64,000 bases of DNA, from positions 217,062,001 to 217,126,000 of the forward strand of contig NC_091288.1 of assembly GCF_032444005.1 (NCBI RefSeq), given 5' to 3'. The notes beneath the pieces were generated by a model. The model was not told where the DNA came from. It saw only the letters and a list, made by a program, of their open reading frames with translations, and did not search any database. Positions 50,501 to 61,105 of this stretch are shown here, one piece after another. How positions within the stretch are numbered: position 1 is the stretch's first letter; every line of letters begins with the position of its first letter. Made by a program: the position numbers and the translations under genes. This DNA is from Ranitomeya imitator. Taxonomy: Eukaryota.

Positions 50501-51033
50501 ACCTCAGAAGGGGTGGATGACGAAATCGACAAAAATGGAACATCACCATGTACCCCCTGACAACCCCAGCTGGATACCGACATGGAATTCCAATCCAATA
50601 CTGGATTATGGGTTTGTAGCCATGGCAACCCCAACACGACCACATCATGCAGATTATGTAGCACCAGAAAGCGAATAACTTCCTGATGTGCAGGAGCCAT
50701 GCACATGGTCAGCTGGGCCCAGTACTGAGGTTTATTCTTGGCCAAAGGTGTAGCATCAATTCCTCTCAATGGAATAGGACACCGCAAAGGCTCCAAGAAA
50801 AACCCACAACGTTTAGCATAATCCAAATCCATCAGATTCAGGGCAGCGCCTGAATCCACAAACGCCATGACAGAAAACGACGACAAAGAGCATATCAAGG
50901 TAATGGACAGAAGGAATTTGGACTGTACAGTACCAATGACGGCAGACCTAGCGGACCGCTTAGTGCGCTTAGGACAATCAGAAATAGCATGAGTGGAATC
51001 ACCACAGTAGAAACACAGCCCATTCAGACGTCT
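47536..51033 (-). CDS. Retrotransposon gag zinc knuckle plus pol (protease, RT, RNase H, integrase, chromodomain); open frame
   Basis: CFYCGDSTHAISDC, DSGA, YLDD, DASE..NYDVGNRELLA, H..H..C..C, ISMDF..SDRG..E, and chromodomain EYIVEKILD..YLVKWKGY..NSW. Confidence 0.95.
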   Translation of the reverse strand, partial: RRLNGLCFYCGDSTHAISDCPKRTKRSARSAVIGTVQSKFLLSITLICSLSSFSVMAFVDSGAALNLMDLDYAKRCGFFLEPLRCPIPLRGIDATPLAKNKPQYWAQLTMCMAPAHQEVIRFLVLHNLHDVVVLGLPWLQTHNPVLDWNSMSVSSWGCQGVHGDVPFLSISSSTPSEVPEFLSDYQDVFEEPKSDALPPHRDCDCAINLIPGSKFPKGRLFNLSVPEHAAMRSYVKESLEKGHIRPSSSPLGAGFFFVAKKDGSLRPCIDYRLLNKITVKFQYPLPLLSDLFARIKGASWFTKIDLRGAYNLVRIRQGDEWKTAFNTPEGHFEYLVMPFGLANAPSVFQSFMHDIFREYLDKFLIVYLDDILIFSDDWESHVKQVRMVFQVLRANSLFVKGSKCLFGVQKVSFLGFIFTPSTIEMDPVKVQAIQDWIQPTSLKSLQKFLGFANFYRRFICNLSSIAKPLTDLTKKGADLVNWSSAAVEAFQELKRRFCSAPVLCQPDVSLPFQVEVDASEIGAGAVLSQRGSDCSVMKPCAFFSRKFSPAERNYDVGNRELLAMKWAFEEWRHWLEGAKHRVVVLTDHKNLTYLESAKRLNPRQARWSLFFARFDFVISYLPGSKNVKADALSRSFVPDSPGLSEPAGILKEGVIVSAISPDLRRVLQKFQANKPDRCPAEKLFVPDRWTNKLISELHCSVLAGHPGIFGTRELVARSFWWPSLSRDVRTFVQSCGICARAKPCCSRASGLLLPLPVPRRPWTHISMDFISDLPVSQKMSVIWVVCDRFSKMVHLVPLAKLPSSSDLVPLFFQHVVRLHGIPENIVSDRGSQFVSRFWRAFCGRMGIDLSFSSAFHPQTNGQTERTNQTLETYLRCFVSADQDDWVSFLPLAEFALNNRASSATLVSPFFCNSGFHPRFSSGQVESSDCPGVDSVVDRLQQIWTQVVDNLTLSQEKAQLFANRRRRVGPRLRVGDLVWLSSRHIPMKVSSPKFKPRFIGPYRISEVLNPVSFRLTLPDSFSIHNVFHRSLLRRYVAPMVPSVEPPAPVLVEGELEYIVEKILDSRVSRRKLQYLVKWKGYAQEDNSWVFASDVHAPDLVRAFHAAHPGRPGGSGEGSVTPPQGGGTVVNSVAEFTPVVTSGTAASELLSSGVLVSSLTASLLNSA

Positions 51034-51720
51034 TTATTCCTGCCGTTCAACTCTGGTCATAGTCCTATCGCACTGCATAGGCTCAGGTTTAACCTCAGGC
51101 AATACCGCCAAATGTTGCACAGATTTACGCTCGCGCAAGCGTCGACTGATTTGAATGGCCAAAGACAAATACTCATTCAAACCAGCAGGCATAGGAAAAC
51201 CCACCATGACATCCTTAAGAGCCTCAGAGAGACCCTTTCTGAACAAAGCTGCCAGCGCAGATTCATTCCACTGAGTGAGTACTGACCATTTCCTAAATTT
51301 CTGACAATATACTTCTATATCATCCTGACCCTGGCACAAAGCCAGCAAATTTCTCTCAGCCTGATCCACTGAATTAGGCTCATCGTACAGCAATCCGAGC
51401 GCCAGGAAAAACGCATCGACACTACTCAATGCAGGGTCTCCTGGCGCAAGAGAAAATGCCCAGTCTTGAGGGTCGCCGCGCAAAAAAGAAATAATAATCA
51501 AAACCTGTTGAATAGGATTACCAGAAGAATGAGGTTTCAAGGCCAGAAATAGCTTACAATTATTTTTGAAACTTAGAAACTTTGTTCTATCTCCAAAAAA
51601 CAAATCAGGAATAGGAATTCTTGGTTCTAACATAGATTTCCGATCAATAGCATCTTGAATCTTCTGTACATTTAAAACGAGATTATCCATTGAAGAGCAC
51701 AGACCCTGAATATCCATGTC
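51034..51720 (-). pseudogene. Retrotransposon gag N-terminal part, ending in an in-frame TAA
   Basis: MDIQGLCSSMD...PDLFFGDRTKF...LRGDPQDWA (Retrotrans_gag-like). The stop at 51034-36 is in frame with the downstream zinc knuckle and pol. Confidence 0.85.
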
Positions 51721-53548
51721 CACACCTGTGTCCAGAATCACCCAAATGTCTAGGGGAAAAAAAAAAAAATGAACACAGAGCAGAGAAAAAAAAAAAAAAA
51801 AAAATGATGTCAGAACTTTTTCTTTCCCTCTATTGAGAATCATTAGTTGGCTCCTTGTACTGTTATGTCTGCTAATGAAAGGTGTAATGAAGGCAATCCA
51901 GAGACACAGTGTGCCTAGCGATCAGAGCGCACACAGTGATCTGACAAATACCCAAAAACAAAGAACGAGCTCTGAGACGTGGAAACTCTGTAGACTGCAC
52001 ACCTACCTATCCTAAACACAACTAAAAGCGGCTGTGGATTGCGCCTAGCAACTACCTATGCAACTCGGCACAGCCTAAGAAACTAGCTAGCCTGAAGATA
52101 GAAAAATAGGCCTGACTTGCCCCCAGAGAAATACCCCAAAGGAAAAGGCAGCCCCCCACATATAATGACTGTGAGTAAGATGAAAAGACAAAACGTAGGG
52201 ATGAAATAGATTCAGCAAAGTGGGGCCCGATAATCTTAGACAGAGCGAGGATAGTAAAGCGAACTTTGCAGTCTACAAAAAACCCTAAAGCAAAAACCAC
52301 GCAAAAGGGGCAAAAAAGACCCACCGTGCCGAACTAACGGCATGGCGGTACACCCTTTGCTTCTCAGAGCTACCAGCAAAACAAAAGACAAGCTGGACAG
52401 AAAAAAAAACAACAAAATAGCAAAAAAGCACTTAGCTATACAGAGCAGCAGGTCACAGGAACAAGCAGTAGAAGCTCAGATCCAACACTGGAACATTGAC
52501 AAGGAGCAGGGATAGCAGCATCAGGCGGAGTTAAGTAACGAAGCAGTTAACGAGCTCACCAGAACACCTGAGGGAAGAAGCTCAGAAGCTGCAGTACCAC
52601 TTGTGACCACAGGAGTGAATTCAGCCACAGAATTCACAACAGCCGATAGAGCCATTTTTTTTAACCCCTTATATAACGTACATATTCATCATAAGCACGT
52701 CACTTTGTACTCCGTGACTGATATGTACATCATGCAGATCGCATTGTCCAGCTTCTGTACCAATGCCATCAGCTGCAGGAACCCAATTGATTCATACAGT
52801 TAGGTATTATTACCAATCCTAGCAGTTTAAGCCCTCAGGATTAATTTGACAGAGGGAGAGTGCTCCCTCTGTCAGCCCATCGGCACTCCCGCAGTGCAAT
52901 AGCAAAGTGCCGATGGATTGCTATGTCAACTGGAAGGCTGACAATGGCCTCCATGTCTGCTATATGCTACTGCCTATGAGATCATGCCAGAGGATGGGTC
53001 TAATGGGCCACCAATTAGTCAACGAGCAACAGGGTAAGTAACGCACTGCAATACACAAGTAGTGCAGGGTATTACCTAAGCGATCCTAAGATCACATGTT
53101 CAAGTCCCCTTGAGTTACTATAATATTATAAAACAAATCTAAAAAAAATATGTTTCTGAGTGCTATAAAAACGTAAAAGCAGCCTCTACAAAATCCCTTT
53201 TTTTCTCAATAAAATAAAATGTTTAATCTAGAAAAAAAAATCCTTGAAATCGTAATTTCATGTACTATAACACTATATAATTAGTTATCCCATATAGTGA
53301 ATTCTGCATACAAAAAGGGAAAAAAACAATGTCAGAATTGCTATTTTTCACTGACCCGCAGAAAAGGAACTGAGCGGCACTCGATGTGTTAATCTTCACA
53401 GGCATTAACTGCATAGGAGAAGTCTCGGCACAAACTTCAAGCCACCAGTCTATGTGTTTGCAGATGCCGGCATAAACTTCAAGCCACCAGTCTATGTGTT
53501 TGCAGATGCCGGGTGGTGCTTAGCATATAAAGCAGACAGACTTTCCAA

Positions 53549-53791
53549 CTTGTTAAATAACAAAAGATGCAGCACTCACCAGATTCTTGCTGAAGATAGT
53601 GTCCTAGCGCAAAATGCGCTTCCACGGGTCCAGGTACGGCGTGAAACGGCCGTAGTCCTTCTCCTCTCCTCCGCACCTAATCCTCTTTCCTGCCGCCTCT
53701 CCGCATAATGTCTCACATCGCTTTAAGCGAATAAAGGACACTATCTTCAGCAAGAATCTGGTGAGTGCTGCATCTTTTGTTATTTAACAAG
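53549..53791. mobile_element. Short element with perfect 57-bp inverted termini
   Basis: 53549-53605 CTTGTTAAATAACAAAAGATGCAGCACTCACC...GTCCT is the reverse complement of 53735-53791. Confidence 0.85.
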
Positions 53792-56700
53792 AATTGCTAT
53801 TTTTGTTCATCTGTCCCATAAAAAATTAACTAAAAAGTGATCAAAAAGTTTACATGTATAAAGTAAATTAAACCAAGAAAAGCTGCCGTTTGATACAGGA
53901 AAAACAAGCCCTTATGCATCTCAGTGTCTCAAAAAATTAAAAAAGTATGGCCTTCAGAAAGTAATGCAGAAAAAAAAAAATATATATATAATTTTTAAGT
54001 TATTTTTTTGTGCAAAAATTGCAAAACGAAGAAAAAAAAAAAATTTTGAATATCACTGTGTTCATATTGCCCCAAACAATAAAACTATAGTATTATTTAT
54101 CCTAAGTAAAGAACCAAAACCCAGAGAACTCACGGAAGGAGAAAGATACAGACAGGGAGTTCATATAAATGTATCTTTATTAACATAGCAGTAAGTCAAA
54201 TTACAAAAATAATATTAAAATTATACAAAAAAATATACCGTAAGTTAAAAGAGGTGCAACACAAGACAACCAATTTTGAGGTACAATAAAAAATTAGTTA
54301 TATAGAAAAAAACTAATATTACCATAGTCCTTATTGAAAAACAAGGCTGTAAGTCACTTCAAGAATCAAATAAGTCACATATTCAATTGTGGGATACCAC
54401 AAGAGAAACAGAAGTGAGGAAGGAAAAAGGATATTTTTTAAAAAGTAATAAATTTATTGAAACAACATGTTTAAAATTACACAGAACATTTAATATGGGG
54501 AGGGGAAAAAAAGAGAAAGGGAGGGGGTTAAACCACCAGACTGGAGAAACGAATCTGCACTATACCATAAAGGGTTTAAAGAAAAATAATAAATAAATAA
54601 ATAAACCCGATGAAAATATAATGGTAATACTGGTACAAGAAGGGGGGCAGTCTAGTTATGCTGAGCAAACCAAATATCCACACAGGGCAAGGTATAATCC
54701 CCCACAAACCAAAAGGGTATCCTATTGAAGGGTTAATAAATGAGCACACAATGAGTACATGTCTGTCCAAGAATGCAAAGCAAGAAAAAAACCTGCTAAT
54801 GTCCTGGTGAGTACATCCAAGATAGTGTGCCAATGTAAACAAAGGGGCTGCAAGGAGAAGGATATACTGCCAAGGAATGAATTACCTGTAGTGCCTAGCA
54901 AGTGCGGTGGTAACTAGCGCTGGTGGTAAGGTGCAGATGCGGTTCCCATGCGCCCGACATCTTCACCTTCAATAGACACACCTACTTGCAGACTCAAGGT
55001 ACCGCCATGGGAGCCTCATGTGCCCCCTCATATGCCAATCTTTTTTGGGGTGCTTGGGAAAGGGAAATTTTCCAAGGGGACACCATCCCTGAGATACAAT
55101 GGGTCCAGGGGTGGATGAGATACATCGATGATGTATGGTTCATTTGGGAGGGTACACCCCTGGACCTTCAAAATCTGATGTCCAAACTCAATAGCAACAA
55201 TCGTAATATATTCCTGACCTATAAATCTGGTCGTGATTTAGAATTTCTGGATATAAAGATCAAAGTTTCCGATGGCATGGTATGCACTGATCTATGCAGA
55301 AAACCTACGGCAACTAACTCTCTATTACATGCCAGCTCTTCGCACCTACCCACAATCATCAAATGAATCCCGATAGGACAGTTCTTAAGAGCCAGACGCA
55401 TTTGTTCCGAGAACTCTGATTTTGAAAAACAAGCAGTAGATCTTACGGATAGGTTTCTACTGCGGGGGTATAGTAAAAGAAATATTCGGAAAGGTTACAG
55501 AAGGGCTCAAAATACTCCCAGAGACTGTTTGTTATATTCCACCCAAAAAAAGCCAAAAGAAAATGGAAACCAAGTAAGATTCATCACAACATACAATAAT
55601 CGCTGGAATGATCTTAAACTAATATTTAAGAAACACTGGAATATTCTTTAGACTGACCCTATTCTTCCAAAAATCCTCCCTTCTGGTCCATCTATGGTAG
55701 CAGGAAGAAGCAGGAATTTACATGATTGGTTAGTACACAGTCACTATGACCCTATTCCCGAATTTAGGCAGAAGCCACTACAGCAGGGATTCTTCCCATG
55801 TGGGATGTGCAAAGCTTGCCTCAACATGAAAAGAGCGTTCTCTTTTATCAATGCTGAGGGATCTAGGACCCTGGAGATCCGTAAACACCTCACATGTTCC
55901 TCCCAAGGTGTCATATACCATGCTACATGCCCTTGTGGCTTAATATATATTGGTATGACTACTCGGGAAGTCAAACTCCGGGTACGTGAACATGTCAGGG
56001 ATATAGAAAAAGCCAAAACCATTCAGGACCTTTCCCTTCTTAAGACCATACCACGTCATTTTAAAACCAGACACGACTGTAACCCCAAAGGACTACTTTT
56101 TAAGGCTATTGATTAGGTCGACTTGGGAACACGTGGTGGTGATTTGGCCAAGTCTCTAGCATAACTGGAAAGCAAGTGGATTTATCGACTTGGTACAATC
56201 ACCCCACATGACCTCAACGAAAGTTTTGGATTTAATTCTTTCCTGTAACTGAATTCTCTTTTATATACTAAAGGACCGGTTTTTAGGTGTTTTTACTCAT
56301 TTTTCTTGTTGATGTACTTTTTAACCTTTCTCTCTTTACCCCTTCGTGGGGTATTTTTAGTATAAATTTTGGTATATCGTATTAATTATGTTGTTCTTAC
56401 CCTAGGCTTGTATATATATGTGGCGTTGCTCCTGATTATTGTGCCTCTCTTATCTTGGCCCTCCTTGTATCCTATCCCGGATCACGGCAGACGTCCTGTT
56501 CCAAAGGATAGGCCCTCGTCTACGCTTTTTGTGACGGAATCTGGACATCTGGTGTTTTCCTGCGTTCCTGCGTTTCCTGAAAGAGAATGGGTGGTTTACA
56601 CTCTAACATATGGACTAAAAAATTATTCAGCTATATATATTCATTATATTCTAACATATGGACTAAAAATTATTCAGCTATATATATTCATTATTTATTA

Positions 56701-57414
56701 ATTTTTTCTACCAACCTTTTTCAGTATGGCCCATATTTTTGGAGGCATTAACCCTAAAATATATATATTGACATCTGGGTCTCTGGGCAGACATCTTTGT
56801 TATTCCCATGTTATTTTTAAATTTTATATAGTCTTGTATTTGGGTTTGGTGATATATTTATTCCCCTTTTTATGTATTTATTTTTTATATATTTATTTAT
56901 GTATCTGCACGTAAAATTGGCCTTTTTGTATTATAGCTTTATTTTGTACCCTATAATACAGTTTATATTCACACACTGGCCATGTGTATATTAGTCACTG
57001 TGATCAGTATCGTGACACATCCTCATTTATTTTTGTTATATATCCCTTCCTCACTAGATATATAACAAATTTTCACACATATCCCTTGTCCCTGCCACAT
57101 TTGTCACTACTAGCCTTTTTATTTTCTGGCCATATATATGTATATGTATGTATATCCACTTTGTCCTTATGATTATTATCTATTTAAGCAGGCTCTTTTT
57201 TCCCTTTTCCCCCTCTCTTCCCCCCCCCCCCCCTTCCCCTACTATATACATTTCATTTTATTCTGGCCCCCGGTATCACACTGTACTTGCTCACTTTTTA
57301 TGCCCCTTCTTTGTTCATTCTCTGTTTTGCTCAGCGCTATACTGTTTCTCATTACAGTGCGCATGCCCAGTTAGAGTGACTCTTTTTCCCCTTCTCTTCT
57401 ATGTGCCTGGAAGC

Positions 57415-58170
57415 GGTACTGCGCACGCGCGGGGTCCGCGCTCCCCCTCTGACTCCCGAGAGGCGCCAGCTACGTGACCGCAGTGCGTTCCACTGCGTGT
57501 CACGGTGTGCACGCTCGGGAGTCCCTTTGGCATGGTGGGACGGCCCTTGTCTGCGTGTGCAACCATTACCCCTCTGGCACATTTGGATAACGCCTCCTCC
57601 GTCCTCCAGGATATTCCTTAGCGGCACTGCGCACGCGCGGGGTCCGTACCCCGCCCCTGACTTCCGAGAGGCGCCAGCTACGTGACCGCAGTGCGTTCCA
57701 CTGCGTGTCACGGTCCGCACGCTCGGGAGTCCCTTTGGCATGGTGGGACGGCCCTTGTCTGCGTGTGCAACCATTACCCCTCTGGCACATTTGGATAACG
57801 CCTCCTCCGTCCTCCAGGATATTCCTTAGCGGCACTGCGCACGCGCGGGGTCCGTACCCCGCCCCTGACTTCCGAGAGGCGCCAGCTACGTGACGGCAGT
57901 GCGTTCCACTGCGTGTCACGGTCCGCACGCTCGGGAGTCCCTTTGGCATGGTGGGACGGCCCTTGTCTGCGTGTGCAACCATTACCCCTCTGGCACATTT
58001 GGATAACGCCTCCTCCGTCCTCCAGGATATTCCTTAGCGGCACTGTGCACGCGCGGGGTCCGTACCCCGCCCCTGACTTCCGAGAGGCGACAGCTACGTG
58101 ACCGCAGTGCGTTCCACTGCGTGTCACGGTGCGCAAGCTCGGAAGTCCCTTTGGTCTGGTGGGACGGCCC
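57415..58170. repeat. 208-bp GC-rich tandem repeat (about 3.6 copies) in the Penelope 3' region
   Basis: Period 208, seen from repeated ORF ends at 57566, 57774, 57982. Confidence 0.92.
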
Positions 58171-58271
58171 TTGGAAGCTCGCGCAATTGAAGCTGCTTAG
58201 GTTATTTCCGGCTAATTCAGTGCAACCCCCATATACTATAAAAGCCCTTCACACCTCCCCAACCTTGTCCT

Positions 58272-58314
58272 CGCCCCACTGAAGAAGCTACGGCGAAACA
58301 GAGCTTGTCGGGCG
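58272..58314 (+). ncRNA. Minimal type I hammerhead ribozyme of the Penelope pseudo-LTR
   Basis: CGCCC(CA)-CUGAAGA-A-GC[UACG]GC-GAAAC-AGAGCUU-GUC^GGGCG; predicted cleavage after 58309. TATAAAAG at 58237. Confidence 0.75.
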
Positions 58315-58879
58315 CATGGGAACCGCATCTGCACCTCACCACCAGCGCTAGTTACCACCGCACTTGCTAGGCACCACAGGTAATTCATTCCTTGGCAGTA
58401 TATCCTTCTCCTTGCAGCACCTTTGTTTACATTGGCACACTACCTTGGATGTACTCACCAGGACATTAGCAGGTTTTTTTCTTGCTTTGCATTCTTGGAC
58501 AGACATGTACTCATTGTGTGCTCATTTATTAACCCTTCAATAGGATACCCTTTTGGTTTGTGGGGGATTATACCTTGCCCTGTGTGGATATTTGGTTTGC
58601 TCAGCGTAACTAGACTGCCCCCCTTCTTGTACCAGTACTATTATTTTACTTTAAACCCTTTATGGTATAGTGCAGATTCGTTTCTCCAGTCTGGCGGTTT
58701 AACCCCCTCCCTTTCTCTTTTTTTCCCCTCCCCATATTAAATGTTCTGTGTAATTTTAAACATATTGTTTCAATAAATTTATTACTTTTTTTTAAAAAAT
58801 ATCCTTTTTCCTTCCTCACTTCTGTTTCTCTTGTGGTATCCCACAATTGAATATGTAACTTATATAGAAAAAACTGATG

Positions 58880-59460
58880 TTTTATTTATATATGCCATAT
58901 GTTCGGAATAAAAAATATAATATTAAAAAATATGAAACATGAAAAGTGAAGCAAAAATGGCTTGTTTAAATACTATATATTCATTAAAGGAATAATACAT
59001 AAAAAGCTGTGTAGCGCAATACCTAAAAATGAATAAAAGTGCATAAGTGCCACAGCAAAAAAATAATTAAATAAAAAGAAAAGGGACAATCCATATTGGT
59101 AAGGCACAGAAATACTACAAAGTGCTATAATAAATAAATATAAAAATATAACAGTGTAATTTATACGTGTGACGATTGTCACAAAGCAAGCGCTGTATAG
59201 AAAACAGTGCCCACAGGATAATTAAAGTGCAATGGTGCCACAACAAAAAAAGAAAGGAGGGGGGAAGGGGAATACCGATGTTGTCAAAACAAAGATATCC
59301 CAGACGTAGCTCAAATCTAAAGATGGCAATACAAATGTGATGGTCCGAACATATAGGGTACCTTAGAAGATAGGTGTCTGCGTGCACACGCGCCCCGACG
59401 CGCGTTTCAGTACAAAATCCTTCGTCAGGACGAAGTATTTGCCTTAGTGACGGAGCCACT
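58880..59460 (-). mobile_element. Second Penelope pseudo-LTR/tail fragment
   Basis: Hammerhead core on the minus strand at 59397-59428 followed by an AT-rich tail, similar in character to 58306-58862. Confidence 0.55.
59391..59432 (-). ncRNA. Second minimal hammerhead ribozyme (stem I degenerate)
   Basis: Minus strand CUGACGA-A-GG(AUUUUGUA)CU-GAAAC-GCGC-GUC^GGGGCG, with a palindromic stem III. Confidence 0.6.
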
Positions 59461-60692
59461 AGGGGTTAATATTATTATTTTTGTAATTTGACTTACTGCT
59501 ACATTAATAAAGATACATTTATATGAACTCCCTGTCTGTATCTCTCTCCTTCCATGAGTTCTCTGGGTTTTGGTTCTTTACTTTGTAATTAAGTGGTCAC
59601 CACTATCTATTAAACCACACTTCACATTTTAAATTTTTCATTCGGATTTATTGAATTGTTTATACATTTATTATTTGTGAATTATTTTTCTGTGTGTGGT
59701 TTTTACCCCCTTTTGTTGCTATTATTTATCCTGTAGGGTAAAAGATAATCTGTCACACAACTCTGTCTACGGAAAAATAAAAATGTTATGGGTCTAGGAA
59801 TATGGCAAATAAAAGTGATTAAAAAAAGAAATTGCGAAATCGTAGTAAAATTTTTAAAAAAACGTGTAAATGAAAAAATTAAATAAATGATCTATGTCCT
59901 AAAGGCAAAAAAAAATCCAAAAATGAAGAAATAAGACTGAATGAAGTTCTCATGTGTCAGCACGGCCTTTGCTCTTGTGCTCGGAGAATTAGACGGTGCT
60001 ACTTGTGGTCTCATCTCACTCTTAGGGTTGACACCCGAGGAGCGTTGCGTTTAGGATGTCAAAAAGTGAAAGGTCTTACATCTTGCTCAAGAGCGTGACG
60101 AGTTAAAGGGGTTGTCCGTGGACATCAAATAAAACCTGCTAATTTAGATTAATTGTAATTCAGAATTATGAAAGTGGCATCGGCATGTCCAGATTTCCCC
60201 ACCAGTCCCACGGTCTGCTTCTGCAGGGAGCTTCTCAATATTATCCCATCAGCTGTTTGGCTCCGTTCATTCAGTGAGTTATACAAAACGACAAAATATT
60301 ACAAAAAGTTTTTAAAAATGGTCCTCGTCTCAATGACAAACTCTGAAAATAAGACACCTATGTGCTGTACCGAGGCCTGATGACGACTGAGCATCCTGTC
60401 CAATGTGGTTTTGGTGGTTTCCATTCCACCTAGTTCTAAGCGTCGTGTGTCTCATCAGATGGGGCGCACAATTACTGTTCCAGACATGCTGCTTTGGTGG
60501 GTCACGAAACCTAGTGAGAACGATAGGACAAGGTATGAAAAGCCATAAGAAAGAGCAGAGAAGAAAAGAAGAGCATTACATGGCCAGAGAAGCTGAAGGA
60601 CAGAAGAAAGGACACCTTCAGGAAGGCAATGTTGAGTGACCGTAGGAGGACCTAAGACAGAAGACTCACCGGGGGTGAACACAGAAAGATAA

Positions 60693-60783
60693 ATGTTCCA
60701 CAGCGCATTCGATGACTGGATAATTGGGTTGTTTGGAATATTGGGTATGGCCTTATTCATTGGTTGCACCAGCTGCTGGCACC
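60693..60783 (+). CDS. Candidate first coding exon of a second palmitoylated transmembrane adaptor (TRAP): MFHSAFDDWIIGLFGILGMALFIGCTSCWH
   Basis: ATG, short ectodomain, hydrophobic segment, CxxC, then a phase-1 C|GTAAGT donor, the same layout as LAT exon 1. Downstream exons were not confidently found. Confidence 0.55.
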
Positions 60784-61105
60784 GTAAGTACATCTCACCA
60801 GTTTGGCCTGAAGGCCTACTCTTTATCATGGTTTCAGGGCTCGTCCGCTTCAAGACTTTTGTTGGTGTTATGCTCAAGACTTGTGTTAAGATGCCACATG
60901 CCTCCGATAGATGTCAGTTGAAGGCTTTTTAGGCCGCCAGCTATATATTTTGACTCCCCCATAAACACTAACTCTTGGCTTGATCAAAAGTTCACAGGCT
61001 TCCAATATAGAAATCAGAATGAAGCCACTAATAGACACCCCTGAAACGTTGATTCTCCACTATATGTTGGACGAGAGTCAGAAGACCCCAATACAAGCTA
61101 GATGT

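Larger units (their letters stand above)
46885..52641 (-). mobile_element. Full-length Ty3/Gypsy chromovirus (Tf1/sushi group), recently inserted
   Basis: LTRs 46885-47656 and 51861-52641 (TG...CA; by eye about 6 substitutions and one indel). PPT at 47657-47678. GCCGAT on both flanks. gag and pol present. Confidence 0.97.
54371..58862 (+). mobile_element. 5'-truncated Penelope-like element (Neptune-type) with inverted pseudo-LTR/tail arms
   Basis: RT (QTQGTAMG, RYIDD, FLD, RKPT) and GIY-YIG (CGMCKAC linker, GVIY..CPCGLIYIG, ESKWIYRL) at about 54960-56248 with stops and frameshifts. Arms 54371-54959 and 58306-58862 are inverted copies. Confidence 0.92.

Noticed and set aside
57352-58136. Three near-identical 120-140-aa ORFs
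   Set aside because: Artefact of the 208-bp repeat in the Penelope 3' region.
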